DNA of 63,038 nucleotides, the filler included, from Pseudomonadota bacterium (GTDB taxonomy: Bacteria > Bdellovibrionota_F > JAHFAK01 > JBDREC01), in assembly GCA_043820105.1 (NCBI GenBank). It is 5 parts of 5 records of this genome, joined end to end, with 100 filler letters (N's around TTAATTAATTAA, not from the genome) between each part and the next. Parts side by side here need not be neighbours in the genome. Positions count along the whole stretch, not along the records: positions 15,267 to 45,297 come from JBDREC010000061.1; 4 more parts are not named here. The stretch is one strand, 5' to 3'. Shown here in pieces: positions 19,290-30,387 of this stretch. The notes under the pieces are model-generated. The model searched no databases and was not told the DNA's origin. It saw nothing but the letters and a program-made list of their open reading frames with translations. A program made the translations under genes and the position numbers. How positions within the stretch are numbered: position 1 is the stretch's first letter; every line of letters begins with the position of its first letter.

Positions 19290-19445
19290 AAGGAACAAGA
19301 GCGCAGGGGAACAGGGTAACAAGGAAAGAGAAGCAGCATGTATCCAGCATCCAGCATCGAACATCGAAACTTACCACTTATCACTTATCACTTACCACTT
19401 ACCACTTACCACTTACCACTTACCACTTACCACTTACCACTTATT
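19290..19445 (+). repeat. composite octamer/heptamer repeats
   Basis: GGGAACAG-like, CCAGCAT-like, then about 10x ACCACTT. Confidence 0.85.
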
Positions 19446-20343
19446 ATGAGCTCAATATGCCCAAAACGATTGAATAGAACTTGGTTTCATGAGTGTCGGC
19501 TCGGCTTGTTAAAATAATTGGCGCCATAGCACCAGAAACAATAGCACCGATTTTAGCTTGAGCAAAGAAAGCCAAGGATTTATATAAGTAATTTCCTGAT
19601 TCAATTGAACCAGAAAGAATAATGTCAGCTTGACCTGCTACTTCTGAATCAATTTTTTTGATTCTTTTTGATTCTTCGCTGATTGCTATATCAAGACCAA
19701 AAGGACCCTCAACAATACAGCCTTCAATTTTTCCTTCTTTAGAAAGTTTTGTTAGTTCATCTGCATGAAGTGTTTCAATCATCTTTGGATTAACTTTTTC
19801 AACAGCACAGCAGGCAGCAACTAAAGGTAAGTCAATACCAAATTTATGAGCAACGGAAACAGTGTTATTAATAATTTTTACTTTATCTTCAACTTCTGGT
19901 CTAATATTAATCGCCGCGTCAGTTACAAAAAGAAGTTTAGGATATGCAGGAGCTTCAAAAACTGCAACATGAGAAATAAGGTTCCCAGTATTAAGTCCAT
20001 TTTCCTTATCAAGGATTGCCTTCATATAATCAGCAGTTCCCAGGGATCCTTTCATAATAGCAGAGGCTTCACCTTTTCTAATTAATTCACAGCAAAGCCT
20101 GGCTGCCTTTGAATGATCAGGCTCATGAATAATTTCAAAACCATCTAAAGAAATATTAGCACCTTCTGCTGCACTCTTAATATTATTTTCATCCCCTGTT
20201 AAAATACCAATAGCAAGTCCTTCATCTTGAGCTTGCCTGATAGCAGCTAAAACTTCAGCATCTTCAGCCACAGCTATAGCGACTTTCTTAGTCTCCATTT
20301 TTTTAACTTCATCTAACATTTCACAAAAATTCTTAATTGCCAT
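19444..20343 (-). CDS. ptb: phosphate butyryltransferase
   Basis: IMKG, LISHVAV, TDAAINI, EGPFGLDIAIS, IESGN, PIILTSRAD; adjacent to buk. Confidence 0.92.
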   Translation of the reverse strand: MAIKNFCEMLDEVKKMETKKVAIAVAEDAEVLAAIRQAQDEGLAIGILTGDENNIKSAAEGANISLDGFEIIHEPDHSKAARLCCELIRKGEASAIMKGSLGTADYMKAILDKENGLNTGNLISHVAVFEAPAYPKLLFVTDAAINIRPEVEDKVKIINNTVSVAHKFGIDLPLVAACCAVEKVNPKMIETLHADELTKLSKEGKIEGCIVEGPFGLDIAISEESKRIKKIDSEVAGQADIILSGSIESGNYLYKSLAFFAQAKIGAIVSGAMAPIILTSRADTHETKFYSIVLGILSS

Positions 20344-20382
20344 TACCAAACTCCTATTTACATATTATTCTTTTTAAAAAAA

Positions 20383-20452
20383 CCAGCAACTAGCAACTAG
20401 CAACCAGCAACCAGCAACAAAACGTACCACTTACCGCTTACCACTTAGCACT
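20383..20452 (+). repeat. heptamer repeats (CCAGCAA then ACCACTT) between buk and ptb
   Basis: read directly. Confidence 0.85.
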
Positions 20453-20454
20453 TT

Positions 20455-21525
20455 TTAATACTCTTTTGCTTCTTCTTCCCCCTTAAGCACTCTTAAAGCT
20501 CCATCCCGAAGTGGTTCCATTTCTTTTTCACCAGGATAAATCATTACATTTGCAATCCAGGATACTCTTTCAGTAATCATATCAGTAAAAGACTTTCCGT
20601 AAGCAAGGCCACCTGACAAAACTATTCCATCGACCTGGCCTTTAACAACTGTTGCTAAAAGGCCAATTTCCTTTGAAACCTGATATGCCATTGCTTTATA
20701 AACAAGCTTTGCCTTTTCATCACCTGCTTCAATCATCTCCTCTACTTTTCTGGCATCATTGGTTCCTAAATATGCTACAAGTCCGCCCTGGCCTTTAATT
20801 TGAGATTTTATTTCCTTTTCTGAATATTTACCTGAAAAACAAAGCTTTGCTAAACCCCCAGATGGCAAACCACCTGATCTTTCTGGTGTAAATGGACCTT
20901 CGCCATCAAGTGCATTATTAACATCAATTACTGAGCCCTTAGAATGGATTCCAATTGAAATTCCACCCCCCATATGCGCAATAATTAAATTTACTTCATT
21001 AAGTGATTTTCCCAAATCAGCTGCTGCTTTACGAGCCACTGATTTTTGATTTAAGGCGTGGAAAATTGAAAGTCTTGGAATATTTGGATTTCCTGAAAGT
21101 CTCGCTATTTCTTCCATCTCATCGACCACCACAGGATCAACAATAAAGGAAGGACAATCTGCAATTTTTGCTATTTCAAAGGCCAAAATTCCACCTAAGT
21201 TACTTGCATGTTCGCCTCTAATGCCTTCTTTTAGATCCTTAATCATTTCTTCATTAACTTTAAAAGTACCTGATGGAATTGGTCTTAAAAGACCACCTCT
21301 TCCAACAACTGCTGAAAGATTTTTGGGATCAAAATCAATTTCTTTTAGTGCATCTAAAATTATTTCTTCGCGAAAAGGATATTCTTCTGTTATTTTCTCA
21401 TATTTTGCCAAATCTTCGCTTGAATGCGATAAGTTCTTAGTTAAAATTTCTTCTTCATTTTTGAATAAGGCAATTTTTGTGGAAGTTGAACCTGGATTGA
21501 TTACTAGAATGTTTAAGTTGCTCAT
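20455..21525 (-). CDS. buk: butyrate kinase
   Basis: ILVINPGSTSTK, GRGGLL, HASNLG, IFHALNQK, HMGGGISIG, GEGPFTPERSG. Confidence 0.97.
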   Translation of the reverse strand: MSNLNILVINPGSTSTKIALFKNEEEILTKNLSHSSEDLAKYEKITEEYPFREEIILDALKEIDFDPKNLSAVVGRGGLLRPIPSGTFKVNEEMIKDLKEGIRGEHASNLGGILAFEIAKIADCPSFIVDPVVVDEMEEIARLSGNPNIPRLSIFHALNQKSVARKAAADLGKSLNEVNLIIAHMGGGISIGIHSKGSVIDVNNALDGEGPFTPERSGGLPSGGLAKLCFSGKYSEKEIKSQIKGQGGLVAYLGTNDARKVEEMIEAGDEKAKLVYKAMAYQVSKEIGLLATVVKGQVDGIVLSGGLAYGKSFTDMITERVSWIANVMIYPGEKEMEPLRDGALRVLKGEEEAKEY

Positions 21526-21698
21526 TTTAATACTCCGTTTAGGCTAGTAGCTGATTAAAATTGCTTTGTTTTATAACAAATAAGAATTCTATGGCAATGA
21601 AAAAATTATTTGAGAAGTATTTGTCACACTAAATGCAAAAACATTCCCTATTCAATAATATAAACTCTTAAAATCACTAAGAATTCTTAGCCGCAATG

Positions 21699-21714
21699 CG
21701 GCACGATAATTGCA
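21699..21714 (+). promoter_or_regulatory. sigma-54 promoter
   Basis: CGGCACGATAATTGCA, 85 nt upstream of the 21799 gene. Confidence 0.75.
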
Positions 21715-21798
21715 TATAATCTTAAGACATGAGTAGCATCCAAGTTTATTAGTCTATTATGAAATATAGGACTTATTAAATTTCCAGGGAATATAAAA

Positions 21799-23427
21799 AT
21801 GTATTTTAGCAAAATATTATATTTACTTTTAATTATATACATAATTCAGAGCACAATTATTCAAGCAGATCAAAGCTTTAATGATCCAAGCGGTTCTATT
21901 GAAAAATATGAATTTTTCTTTGATAAAGTAATTTATAAAATTGAGCAACATAATGATGCTGTATATATAAGGTTTTTAGCTCCAATAGATGGAATTGATA
22001 AGAATATCTTGCAAAGAATTATCAGAGAAAAACTTCCTTCAGAATTTTTTGATTATTTACCAGATTTCAACGAAATTAATACAACTTTTATTGAAGAAAT
22101 TTTATTTGCAGAAAATGAATCTGATGAGATTCCTGAGGTAAAAGAAGAAATAAATTTGGCCCCGCAAAATATAAACAATAAAATTATTGTCTATGGGAAA
22201 GAAGCTGTACTTAATACAAAAATCAAAGCAAGCACAATCCAATATTACTTTTTAGAAACACCAGATTATTATACATTATATGAAGATAATATACCTTACC
22301 CAAAAAGTTATATAGTAAGATATGGAATTCAAACGTTGTCACATGAAGAATTATTAAATAGCATTTTTAAAGCTGAGCAAAGAGGAACTATCAGAATTGA
22401 CCTAAATAATAGTGAAAATATAGCTTTTTCTTTATTAGAAAACTCATTAATTCCCCTGGTTCATAATGAATTTGAATCTAGGTATTCTCAAAAAAGATCA
22501 GCTCAATTATATTGTAAGTCAGAAGAAATAACAGTTGATCTCGCTCTGGCAGCCAGACAGGAAGAAATTGCCAATAAGTCAATTGAGCTTATCGCCTATT
22601 TTTCAGATGCTGATGAAGATGGCAATGTTGCTTTAACTAAAGATTCAATAAAGATAGCTGAGGCTGATATATATTATAATACAATATTTGTAATAAATAC
22701 CCTTGCCTTAGAAAATAAAAATTTTGGCTGGAACTTTAACAAGCATCCAAGAATGAAAATCTTTCGAAGCAATTATTTTAATTCTGTTTATTTAACAGAA
22801 GAAGCAAAAGAAAAACTCTTTTCAGATAAGCTATATAAAAACAAGGACTTTCTGGAGTTGGCTAAAAATTATTTTATTTCACACGAAGCTACCCATGCGT
22901 ATGATTTGACAAAATATCCAATTGCAGCAAGATATCTTTTTGTTTATAATGATATAATAGATTTTTTACCACCATCTGTCCGAAATATTGACCCCAATTT
23001 TGTTAGATTTAATTATAAAGAAATGAAAATGGATTTTGCAAATTACCAGAGCAATATTGAAGCCAGAGCTCTTTTAGAAACCTTTGCTGTAAATCCATTA
23101 ATAGCTTTTCTGGGATTTTCATATTACATTATGGAAAATGAAGCGTATTTAAAAGATTCAGTGGTATATTCAGATCATTTAAACAATGATTCATTAGAAT
23201 ACTCCGGAAGTTCACATTATTTAGCTGCCATGAGAATACTTAAATATTTTCTAGTTCATGGTAATTTATGGGACAAATATGCAGAAAATGGATTTAGTTC
23301 AATTCTATTTTTAGACCCAAATCAATTGATAAAGCTTTCCGGTGATTTGTATATTGAGATAGGTGATGAGCTTAAGTCACTTGATGAAAAATATAGAAAA
23401 TGGGAAACTGAACATCCTAAAAGTTAA
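21799..23427 (+). CDS. secreted protein with HExxH zincin-like motif
   Basis: signal peptide; FISHEATHAYD with downstream IEARA. Confidence 0.7.
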   Translation: MYFSKILYLLLIIYIIQSTIIQADQSFNDPSGSIEKYEFFFDKVIYKIEQHNDAVYIRFLAPIDGIDKNILQRIIREKLPSEFFDYLPDFNEINTTFIEEILFAENESDEIPEVKEEINLAPQNINNKIIVYGKEAVLNTKIKASTIQYYFLETPDYYTLYEDNIPYPKSYIVRYGIQTLSHEELLNSIFKAEQRGTIRIDLNNSENIAFSLLENSLIPLVHNEFESRYSQKRSAQLYCKSEEITVDLALAARQEEIANKSIELIAYFSDADEDGNVALTKDSIKIAEADIYYNTIFVINTLALENKNFGWNFNKHPRMKIFRSNYFNSVYLTEEAKEKLFSDKLYKNKDFLELAKNYFISHEATHAYDLTKYPIAARYLFVYNDIIDFLPPSVRNIDPNFVRFNYKEMKMDFANYQSNIEARALLETFAVNPLIAFLGFSYYIMENEAYLKDSVVYSDHLNNDSLEYSGSSHYLAAMRILKYFLVHGNLWDKYAENGFSSILFLDPNQLIKLSGDLYIEIGDELKSLDEKYRKWETEHPKS

Positions 23428-23471
23428 TAATAATAATAATTTTAATCCTAATCCTAATCCTAATCCCAATC

Positions 23472-24917
23472 TTAATTCCAAATATCTTCATCAAATAATT
23501 CAATCGCCTCTTCAACAATTCCAGTAGCATACCAAAACGCCTGATCAGAAAAATTCGAATATTCCCCTTGTAATTCATCAAAATCATGTTTTAAAGTCAT
23601 ATATGATTCAGCAGAAGACTCATTGCCTGCTAGAATTAAATTAAAATCATCTTCCATGCCATCAAAATATTCTGTAATAAGATCATGCTTTCTTACTATC
23701 TTTGCATATACATCAGGTTTAAAGCCTTTTTTTTCAATAAACTCACCATTTTCTAATTCAACAAATCTTGTCCCAACATAAATCCAAAATTTAGAATTCT
23801 TAAGCAAGGTGCTACCAATTCCCCCAAAATGAAAGGCTCCAGTAGTATTATCTCCAAAAACCTTAACATTTAAAACATCTTTTAGTTTTAGAAAACAATA
23901 TAAAAAATCCTCAGCCTCTGACCCAACAAAATTATCTGTTAAGATGATAATTTTGCCTTTATAATTTTCTTTAGCATTTCCTCTAATATTTAATTTATAA
24001 TAAGGCTCAGTAAATTTTAATTCTTCAAGACCATTTTGTGCAATCGCCTCTTCAAATTCAGCTTGCCTATCTTTAATTACTTCATAAACATTCTTATCAA
24101 AATCATTCTCTAAAAAACCATGTAATTTATATTGTGAAACTCTAAGGGCAAGTGCTTCAGGGCTTTGAAGATATCTTACTTTTAACAAATCACGACTCAC
24201 TTCTTTTGATAAAAAACTATTAATAAAGTCTTTAGGAAGACTAGATCCACCAGTTACTCCCCTGATGTCTATTACAAAAGCACCATATTTTCTAAGTTTT
24301 TTTGCTATTTTTGCAAGACCCTTCCATTTTTCATGTCCTGAAACTGGAAAATCATTGATACCAAGAACTGGAATGGTTCTTCCTTTATAAGTATAAGTGT
24401 CTAAATCTAACTTATAACATCTCTTTGTTTCATCTGCTGCTATATTTCGCCCAAGTTTCATCAATTCAACATCACTATCATTAGACCTTGAATCTAAAGT
24501 TTGACTTTCATCATCCCAAGCAAATTTAGCAATTGAAAAATGATTATCTGGAATTTTTACAGCAATTTTTGAAATAATGTTAAAAAAATCTCTTATAAAT
24601 ATAAACTCTTCACCATTTGCAAAGTTTGCTAAAACATCAGCTTGTACTTTTTGGAGCTGCTGATCAATATAATCTTTATTCTTGAAAAAATAGCCTGAAT
24701 ATCCTTTTTTTAAAATATATTCCAACATATCAAGATCATATTGCGCTTCTTGTTTTGTAAGCTTATTTGTTTTAGGTAAAAAGTCATAATTTGTTAGCTC
24801 ATCAAGACCTTTATCAATCAAAAGATCGTAAGGAGTAAAGTCAGTAGCAAATGTAGCAGTAAGAAAAAGAAGAAAAATAAAAATCACACTCATAGTCTTG
24901 AACTTCATAAGATACAC
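23472..24917 (-). CDS. secreted S41-family peptidase
   Basis: signal peptide; IDIRGVTGG, VGSEAEDF, FGDNTTGA, EKKGFKPD. Confidence 0.85.
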   Translation of the reverse strand: MYLMKFKTMSVIFIFLLFLTATFATDFTPYDLLIDKGLDELTNYDFLPKTNKLTKQEAQYDLDMLEYILKKGYSGYFFKNKDYIDQQLQKVQADVLANFANGEEFIFIRDFFNIISKIAVKIPDNHFSIAKFAWDDESQTLDSRSNDSDVELMKLGRNIAADETKRCYKLDLDTYTYKGRTIPVLGINDFPVSGHEKWKGLAKIAKKLRKYGAFVIDIRGVTGGSSLPKDFINSFLSKEVSRDLLKVRYLQSPEALALRVSQYKLHGFLENDFDKNVYEVIKDRQAEFEEAIAQNGLEELKFTEPYYKLNIRGNAKENYKGKIIILTDNFVGSEAEDFLYCFLKLKDVLNVKVFGDNTTGAFHFGGIGSTLLKNSKFWIYVGTRFVELENGEFIEKKGFKPDVYAKIVRKHDLITEYFDGMEDDFNLILAGNESSAESYMTLKHDFDELQGEYSNFSDQAFWYATGIVEEAIELFDEDIWN

Positions 24918-25035
24918 CTTTATTAAAAGAAAGATATACTCACATACAAAACTAGCCGCTATGCGTCAAGTTATTTTTAAATTAAGAATTAGAATTAGAT
25001 TAACATTGAAAAATATTGAATAGCAATTTATCCTA

Positions 25036-25226
25036 TTGTTCCCTTGTGATACAAGTGCCACATCAGAAAATAATCAATAATCAACAATCAATTTTCAATA
25101 ATTAATGAATGTTGGGCACCAGTCACCAGTGCACCAGTCGCCAGTAAGATACAAAATACCGAATACCGAATACTGAATACTAAATACCAATCCCCGTCGC
25201 CTTGTTCCCCTGTGCTCTTGTTCTCC
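25036..25226 (+). repeat. composite repeat cassette
   Basis: TTGTTCCC-TTGTGATACAAGTGCCAC-(AATAATC)n-(CACCAGT)n-(GAATACC/T)n-TTGTTCCC; near copy at 45054. Confidence 0.85.
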
Positions 25227-25261
25227 ATACTTAGAATCAATTGTGCAATACACATACCAGA

Positions 25262-25651
25262 TTAGTAAAAATGTTCTGAAATAACATCAATGCATGGTTG
25301 GATTAATCTATATATTTTATCAAACAATTGTATGTTCATTGCCTGTAAGTGATAAAGCACAATGAAATAATAAAGCATAAAAGCCCCAAATATGGCGATA
25401 ACTGCAAAGGGTCGTCTTCGAAGTCTCCATAGAAGAATTGAGCCAAGAACAACTAAAACCATTTTTACTGCAATAAATAAAATGGGGTGTTTAGTTATTA
25501 AAAAAGCCATAAATGGGTTTGCTTCAGTTGCTTTATAGGTTAATACCCAGTAAGTTGTAAGAATGCCATCAAGCACATTGAAGATATAGGTCCAGACAAT
25601 GATCCATTTTAGGTATTTGAAATGTATTCTTTTTCCGATTTTAAAGTTCAT
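25262..25651 (-). CDS. DUF5658-like membrane protein
   Basis: FNVLDGILT..EANPFM..FIAVK pattern. Confidence 0.7.
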   Translation of the reverse strand: MNFKIGKRIHFKYLKWIIVWTYIFNVLDGILTTYWVLTYKATEANPFMAFLITKHPILFIAVKMVLVVLGSILLWRLRRRPFAVIAIFGAFMLYYFIVLYHLQAMNIQLFDKIYRLIQPCIDVISEHFY

Positions 25652-25795
25652 ATTTGTATTTGAAGTTATCAAAGAAAAAAAATCAATTGAAATGAATATT
25701 ATTTTGAGATTATTAAATACTTGAAAATTGAATATGGCTATGATGTATTTTATTCTTTTTTCGTGCAAGTGCACGAGCACGAGGATGGATAAGAT

Positions 25796-27769
25796 ATGAG
25801 CAAACAGGATTTCAATAAATTAACTGAAGAAGAGCTTGCAAAACAAATAGACTTTCACAATTACAGATATTTTGTACTCAATGATCCTCAAATATCTGAT
25901 TATGATTTTGACAAGTTAGTTGAGCAGCTAAAGTCCTTAAATCCTTTGCACCCAATCTTAGACAAAATTGGTGCTGGTATTGAAACTATTGTATCAGGCT
26001 TTGACGTAATCCAACACAAAACACAGATGCTTTCACTTGATAAATGTTATGAAGATGACGATTTAATAAAATGGGCAAAGGACATTCATTCAGATTTTTT
26101 AGTTATGCCCAAAATTGATGGCCTAGCGATTTCATTAAGATATGATAAATTTGGAAAACTCTTTATCGGTGCTACTCGAGGTGATGGATTAAAAGGTGAA
26201 AACATTACAAAAAATGTTAAGCAAATCCAAGATATTCCAAATCAAGTAGATCTTTCTAAAATAGATAATTTCAAGATTTCATCAAGAGACATTGAAATTC
26301 GTGGTGAAGCTTTTATGCAGCTATCAACATTTGAAAAATATAAAGATAACTTTTCAAATCCACGCAACCTGGCAGCTGGTGCTATAAAGCAAAAAGACGA
26401 AACAAAAACAGGTGAATATGGATTATCATTTTATGCTTATGATATCCTTGGATTTGATTTCAAGGATGAAAAGGATAAATTCTCTGTCCTTGAGAAACTT
26501 GGCTTCCCAATTCTGCTTCATAAATTTTATATCAAAGATAATTTAAATCAAGCTTACGCCTTCTTTTTAAGTGAAAAAAATAAGCTGGATTATGAAATAG
26601 ACGGCCTTGTCTACAGAGTTTCTAAAATTTCAGAACAAATAAAACTTGGAAACACAGCTCATCATCCAAGATATGCTATTGCTTATAAGTTTGAAGGAGA
26701 AACTGGTGTAACAGTATTAAAAGATATTGAATGGTCTGTTGCTAGAACTCACGTTATAACGCCAGTTGCGTTAATTGAGCCAATAAAGCTTTCTGGAGCT
26801 ATGGTTTCAAGAGCTTCACTGCACAATATCGGAATATTTAAAAAGCTCAAGCTATCAAAAAACTGTCAAATCAGTGTTGTTCGAAGAGGTGGTGTTATAC
26901 CTCATGTTGAAAAAGTTGTAAATCAAGGCAATGAAAATATCGATCCACCAAGCAAATGCCCGTCATGTGGATCGGAAACTTATTTTTCAGATGACTTCCT
27001 TTATTGCTCAAATAAAACAACTTGCAAGCAGGCTAATATTTCTTATTTGGAATATTTTATTAAAGCTTTAGAAATAGATGGGCTCGGCAATAAACATATT
27101 GAACAGCTCTATGAAAATTCATTAGTAAGAAAGCCTGCTGATTTTTTTAGACTTACAAAACAAGATTTAATGCCACTAGATAGAATGGGCGAAAAACTAG
27201 CCTCTAAGATTATTCAAAACATATCATTAAAAAAAGAAATCACTCTTGATTCATTTCTTTATTCTCTTGGAATAAAAGATCTTGGAAAGCAAATTGCAAA
27301 AATAATAGCAAGCTTTGGGGATCTTGAAAAGATTAAGAATACCTCAAAAGAAGATCTTGGCTTGATTCACTCAATCGGTGAAAACATCGCGGAATCAATA
27401 GAACTTGGTTTAAAAGAAAAAGAAGAAATAATAAATGACCTTTTAAATTATATCATAATTGTTGAAAATCAAAGTGCAGCAGGAAAGGTTGATTCCATTT
27501 TTTACAAAAAATCCGTTTTATTCACAGGCAAAATGGAAAGCCTTGACAGACGTGCAGCTCAGGATATTGTCAAAATATTTGGCGGTAATATTTCCTCAAC
27601 AGTTACCAAGGATCTTGATTTTTTGGTTGTTGGAAATGAGGTTTTTGAGAATTATAAATCTGGAAAACTTCCTACTGGAAAACTCAAAAAAGCAACTAAT
27701 TATAACAAATCAGGAAGCCAGATTTATATAATCTCGGAAGGTAAGTTCCTGGAAAAAACAAGAGATTAA
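25796..27769 (+). CDS. ligA: NAD-dependent DNA ligase
   Basis: MLSLDK, PKIDGL, TRGDG..GEN, NPRNLAAG, PRYAIAYKF, Zn finger, HhH, BRCT. Confidence 0.98.
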   Translation: MSKQDFNKLTEEELAKQIDFHNYRYFVLNDPQISDYDFDKLVEQLKSLNPLHPILDKIGAGIETIVSGFDVIQHKTQMLSLDKCYEDDDLIKWAKDIHSDFLVMPKIDGLAISLRYDKFGKLFIGATRGDGLKGENITKNVKQIQDIPNQVDLSKIDNFKISSRDIEIRGEAFMQLSTFEKYKDNFSNPRNLAAGAIKQKDETKTGEYGLSFYAYDILGFDFKDEKDKFSVLEKLGFPILLHKFYIKDNLNQAYAFFLSEKNKLDYEIDGLVYRVSKISEQIKLGNTAHHPRYAIAYKFEGETGVTVLKDIEWSVARTHVITPVALIEPIKLSGAMVSRASLHNIGIFKKLKLSKNCQISVVRRGGVIPHVEKVVNQGNENIDPPSKCPSCGSETYFSDDFLYCSNKTTCKQANISYLEYFIKALEIDGLGNKHIEQLYENSLVRKPADFFRLTKQDLMPLDRMGEKLASKIIQNISLKKEITLDSFLYSLGIKDLGKQIAKIIASFGDLEKIKNTSKEDLGLIHSIGENIAESIELGLKEKEEIINDLLNYIIIVENQSAAGKVDSIFYKKSVLFTGKMESLDRRAAQDIVKIFGGNISSTVTKDLDFLVVGNEVFENYKSGKLPTGKLKKATNYNKSGSQIYIISEGKFLEKTRD

Positions 27770-27902
27770 TTATGTCTCATTTAAAGTATAGCAAACTATC
27801 CATGAAAATAGAAGTGATCTGTGTCAATTTTTCTTGTTTTATTAAATAAACATTATTACATAAATGAAATACTATTTTGATTAAAATTACTGGAGAAAAA
27901 AT

Positions 27903-28457
27903 ATGTTAAAAGGTAATAAAATTCGCTTTAAACCATTAGAAGATGATGATTGGGAAAATGTTTATAATAGCCTAGAAAACACTGATGAGTTTAATTTTTA
28001 CAATCCCAATTGCATGTATCCTGAAACCCTTAAAAACTTTAAAGATCATTTTGAAGATAAAATAAAAAATCATGAAATGCACCTTTGGAAAATTTTAGAT
28101 TTTGAAAATAATTATGTGGGCCATATCGTCATTGCAAGTATAAATCAGCAACTAAAAAGCTGTGAGTTTGGTATTATTATTAAAAAAGATCAAAGACACA
28201 AAGGTTACGCTCAAGATGCTATTATTACTCTATTCAAATTCATCTTTGGTCACATGGCAATGAATCGAGTTTCAGCCACAACTATTTGCCTTAATGAACC
28301 AGTAATTAAATTAAATAAAGAACTTGGAATGAAACAAGAAGGAAAAATCAGAAAAGCATGGAGATATGGCGATAAATTTTATGATCAACTCTTATTTGGA
28401 ATGCTTAAAGAAGAATTTTATAAAAAATATCCACAAGAATTAACTTTACCATATTAA
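27903..28457 (+). CDS. RimJ/RimL-type GNAT acetyltransferase
   Basis: QRHKGYA, N..VIKLNKELGMKQEG. Confidence 0.88.
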   Translation: MLKGNKIRFKPLEDDDWENVYNSLENTDEFNFYNPNCMYPETLKNFKDHFEDKIKNHEMHLWKILDFENNYVGHIVIASINQQLKSCEFGIIIKKDQRHKGYAQDAIITLFKFIFGHMAMNRVSATTICLNEPVIKLNKELGMKQEGKIRKAWRYGDKFYDQLLFGMLKEEFYKKYPQELTLPY

Positions 28458-28586
28458 ACACAACAAAATAACTAAAACCATTTTCATAAATTCTCAAAAA
28501 CAAATTGACACATTCGCATATTAATATTATGCATGTAGTCATCAAGGGATCATTGATTTAATTCTACTCGTGATGGGAGACCTAAT

Positions 28587-30056
28587 ATGTACGGTAAAAT
28601 CAACTCAATAATTTTATCTATTTTTCTATTTATCACAATAATTTTCAATCTATTTGGCCAAGAAAATGCTGTTCATAAAATCTCAACAAAAGAGCTAAGT
28701 CATCGAATGCTAGATTTCAACCAACACATCCTACAAGAAGGCTTAGATGCTTATATCTTATCAACTCAGCTTGGTATTTTTTATTTAACTGGAATAAACT
28801 ACTATCCGATGGAAAGACCTTTTTTATTAATCTTTGTGCCAAAAATTAAAAAGCAGATCTTGCTTGTTCCTTTGATGGAAAAATCACACTTTGAAAAAGA
28901 TCTTAAGGAAGTAGGTTTAAATATATTACCAAATGATATTATTACATATTTAGGCTATCCCGCGCCAAAAGGTGAAAGATGGAATGATAAGGTTTCTGAA
29001 ATAGTGACAAGTTTAAATCTAAAAAACATTGGAATTGAAGAAGAAATTAATAGCAAAATTCTTGATGAACTCATTGATCTTGGTCCAGATGTTAGTATTC
29101 AAAAAAACCCAATTATTAAGCAGATGAGACTTATTAAATCAGCTGAAGAAATTGAGCTTATGATAAGAGCAAATCTTCACTCAGCAATTTCTCTAAACAA
29201 TTTACTTTCTGAAGCATATGATGGAATTACTATTGCTCAACTATTTAAAGTTGGAAAAACTTATACTAATGAGAGATTATTTACTACTTTACATGACAAT
29301 AATATAAGGCCTAATGTATTAAGCACAAAAACACTGGCAGCTGCATGGCCAGCACCTCACAGTGCTCATCCTCATTATATTCCATACCTTGATGATGTCT
29401 TATCAAAGGGTCCACATATTGCTTTTTCATTTGTAACATATGAAAGCTATTATGGTGAGTGTGAAAGAACATTTTTTCTGGTTCCTCCTGATGAGCTAGA
29501 AATAGAAGCTTTTAATGCTATGATGGAATCAAGAAAAGCAGCCATTGCTCAATTAGATAGACTAAAAAACGGTGAATCCGTTTATACCCAGGAAGTCCAT
29601 GAAGCAGCTGATGCCATCTTAAGGCTAGCTGCAGCTGATTTTGGGGGAGAAGTCCTCCACAGAACTGGTCATGGAATTGGACTTGAACACCATGAAGCTC
29701 CATTTTTTGCAAAAGCTAATTCAAAAATTTATGAAGAAGACCAAAGCTTTATAGAAGAAAATGAAACATCAACTGGAAAACATGTTATTGGAATTGAAGG
29801 AAGAGAAATCATAGCAGTTAATGAAGGCTATGGCGTTACTTTAAAACCTGGCATGTTTTTAAGCATTGAACCAGGGCTTTATATTCCTGATATTGGCGGA
29901 TTTAGACATTCAGATATCTTCTTCATAACAAAAGATGGCTATAAAAACTTAACTGATCTGGCTCCCACAGATCTTGAGGATTTAGTAATCACTGAATCAA
30001 AATATACAAAAAAAGCAATGGGTGAAGTAATTAAACATTCATTGCATATTGATTAA
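28587..30056 (+). CDS. M24B Xaa-Pro peptidase with signal peptide
   Basis: RLIKSAEEI, HRTGHGIGLEHHEAP, SIEPGLY, GFRHSD. Confidence 0.9.
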   Translation: MYGKINSIILSIFLFITIIFNLFGQENAVHKISTKELSHRMLDFNQHILQEGLDAYILSTQLGIFYLTGINYYPMERPFLLIFVPKIKKQILLVPLMEKSHFEKDLKEVGLNILPNDIITYLGYPAPKGERWNDKVSEIVTSLNLKNIGIEEEINSKILDELIDLGPDVSIQKNPIIKQMRLIKSAEEIELMIRANLHSAISLNNLLSEAYDGITIAQLFKVGKTYTNERLFTTLHDNNIRPNVLSTKTLAAAWPAPHSAHPHYIPYLDDVLSKGPHIAFSFVTYESYYGECERTFFLVPPDELEIEAFNAMMESRKAAIAQLDRLKNGESVYTQEVHEAADAILRLAAADFGGEVLHRTGHGIGLEHHEAPFFAKANSKIYEEDQSFIEENETSTGKHVIGIEGREIIAVNEGYGVTLKPGMFLSIEPGLYIPDIGGFRHSDIFFITKDGYKNLTDLAPTDLEDLVITESKYTKKAMGEVIKHSLHID

Positions 30057-30387
30057 AATTTAAGTATTTAATATTTTACATTCGTTAACTATGGCTACTA
30101 AGTTTAGCTTCAACCTTCCCCTTTGAAATAATTTAAAAGTTAATACTTACTCCAAGGTTTTATGCACTGGAGAATTAGTTATTATTTATGGTATTTATGC
30201 CTATTCTTACCTACTAGATATTGACTCAAAATATCCTGAAGTACAAGAATTTATATTGCAAAATGGGAATGAAGTAGTTAGAAATAATGACTTTGTTTCT
30301 GAATTTGATAAAGATATCGCAAATTTTGCTTTAGCAACAAAATTCACAGGACAAGACAGTTGTACAAAATATATTTAGGAGCTAATC

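Noticed and set aside
19267-19477. ORFs with TTYHLPL repeats
   Set aside because: Translation of the ACCACTT intergenic array
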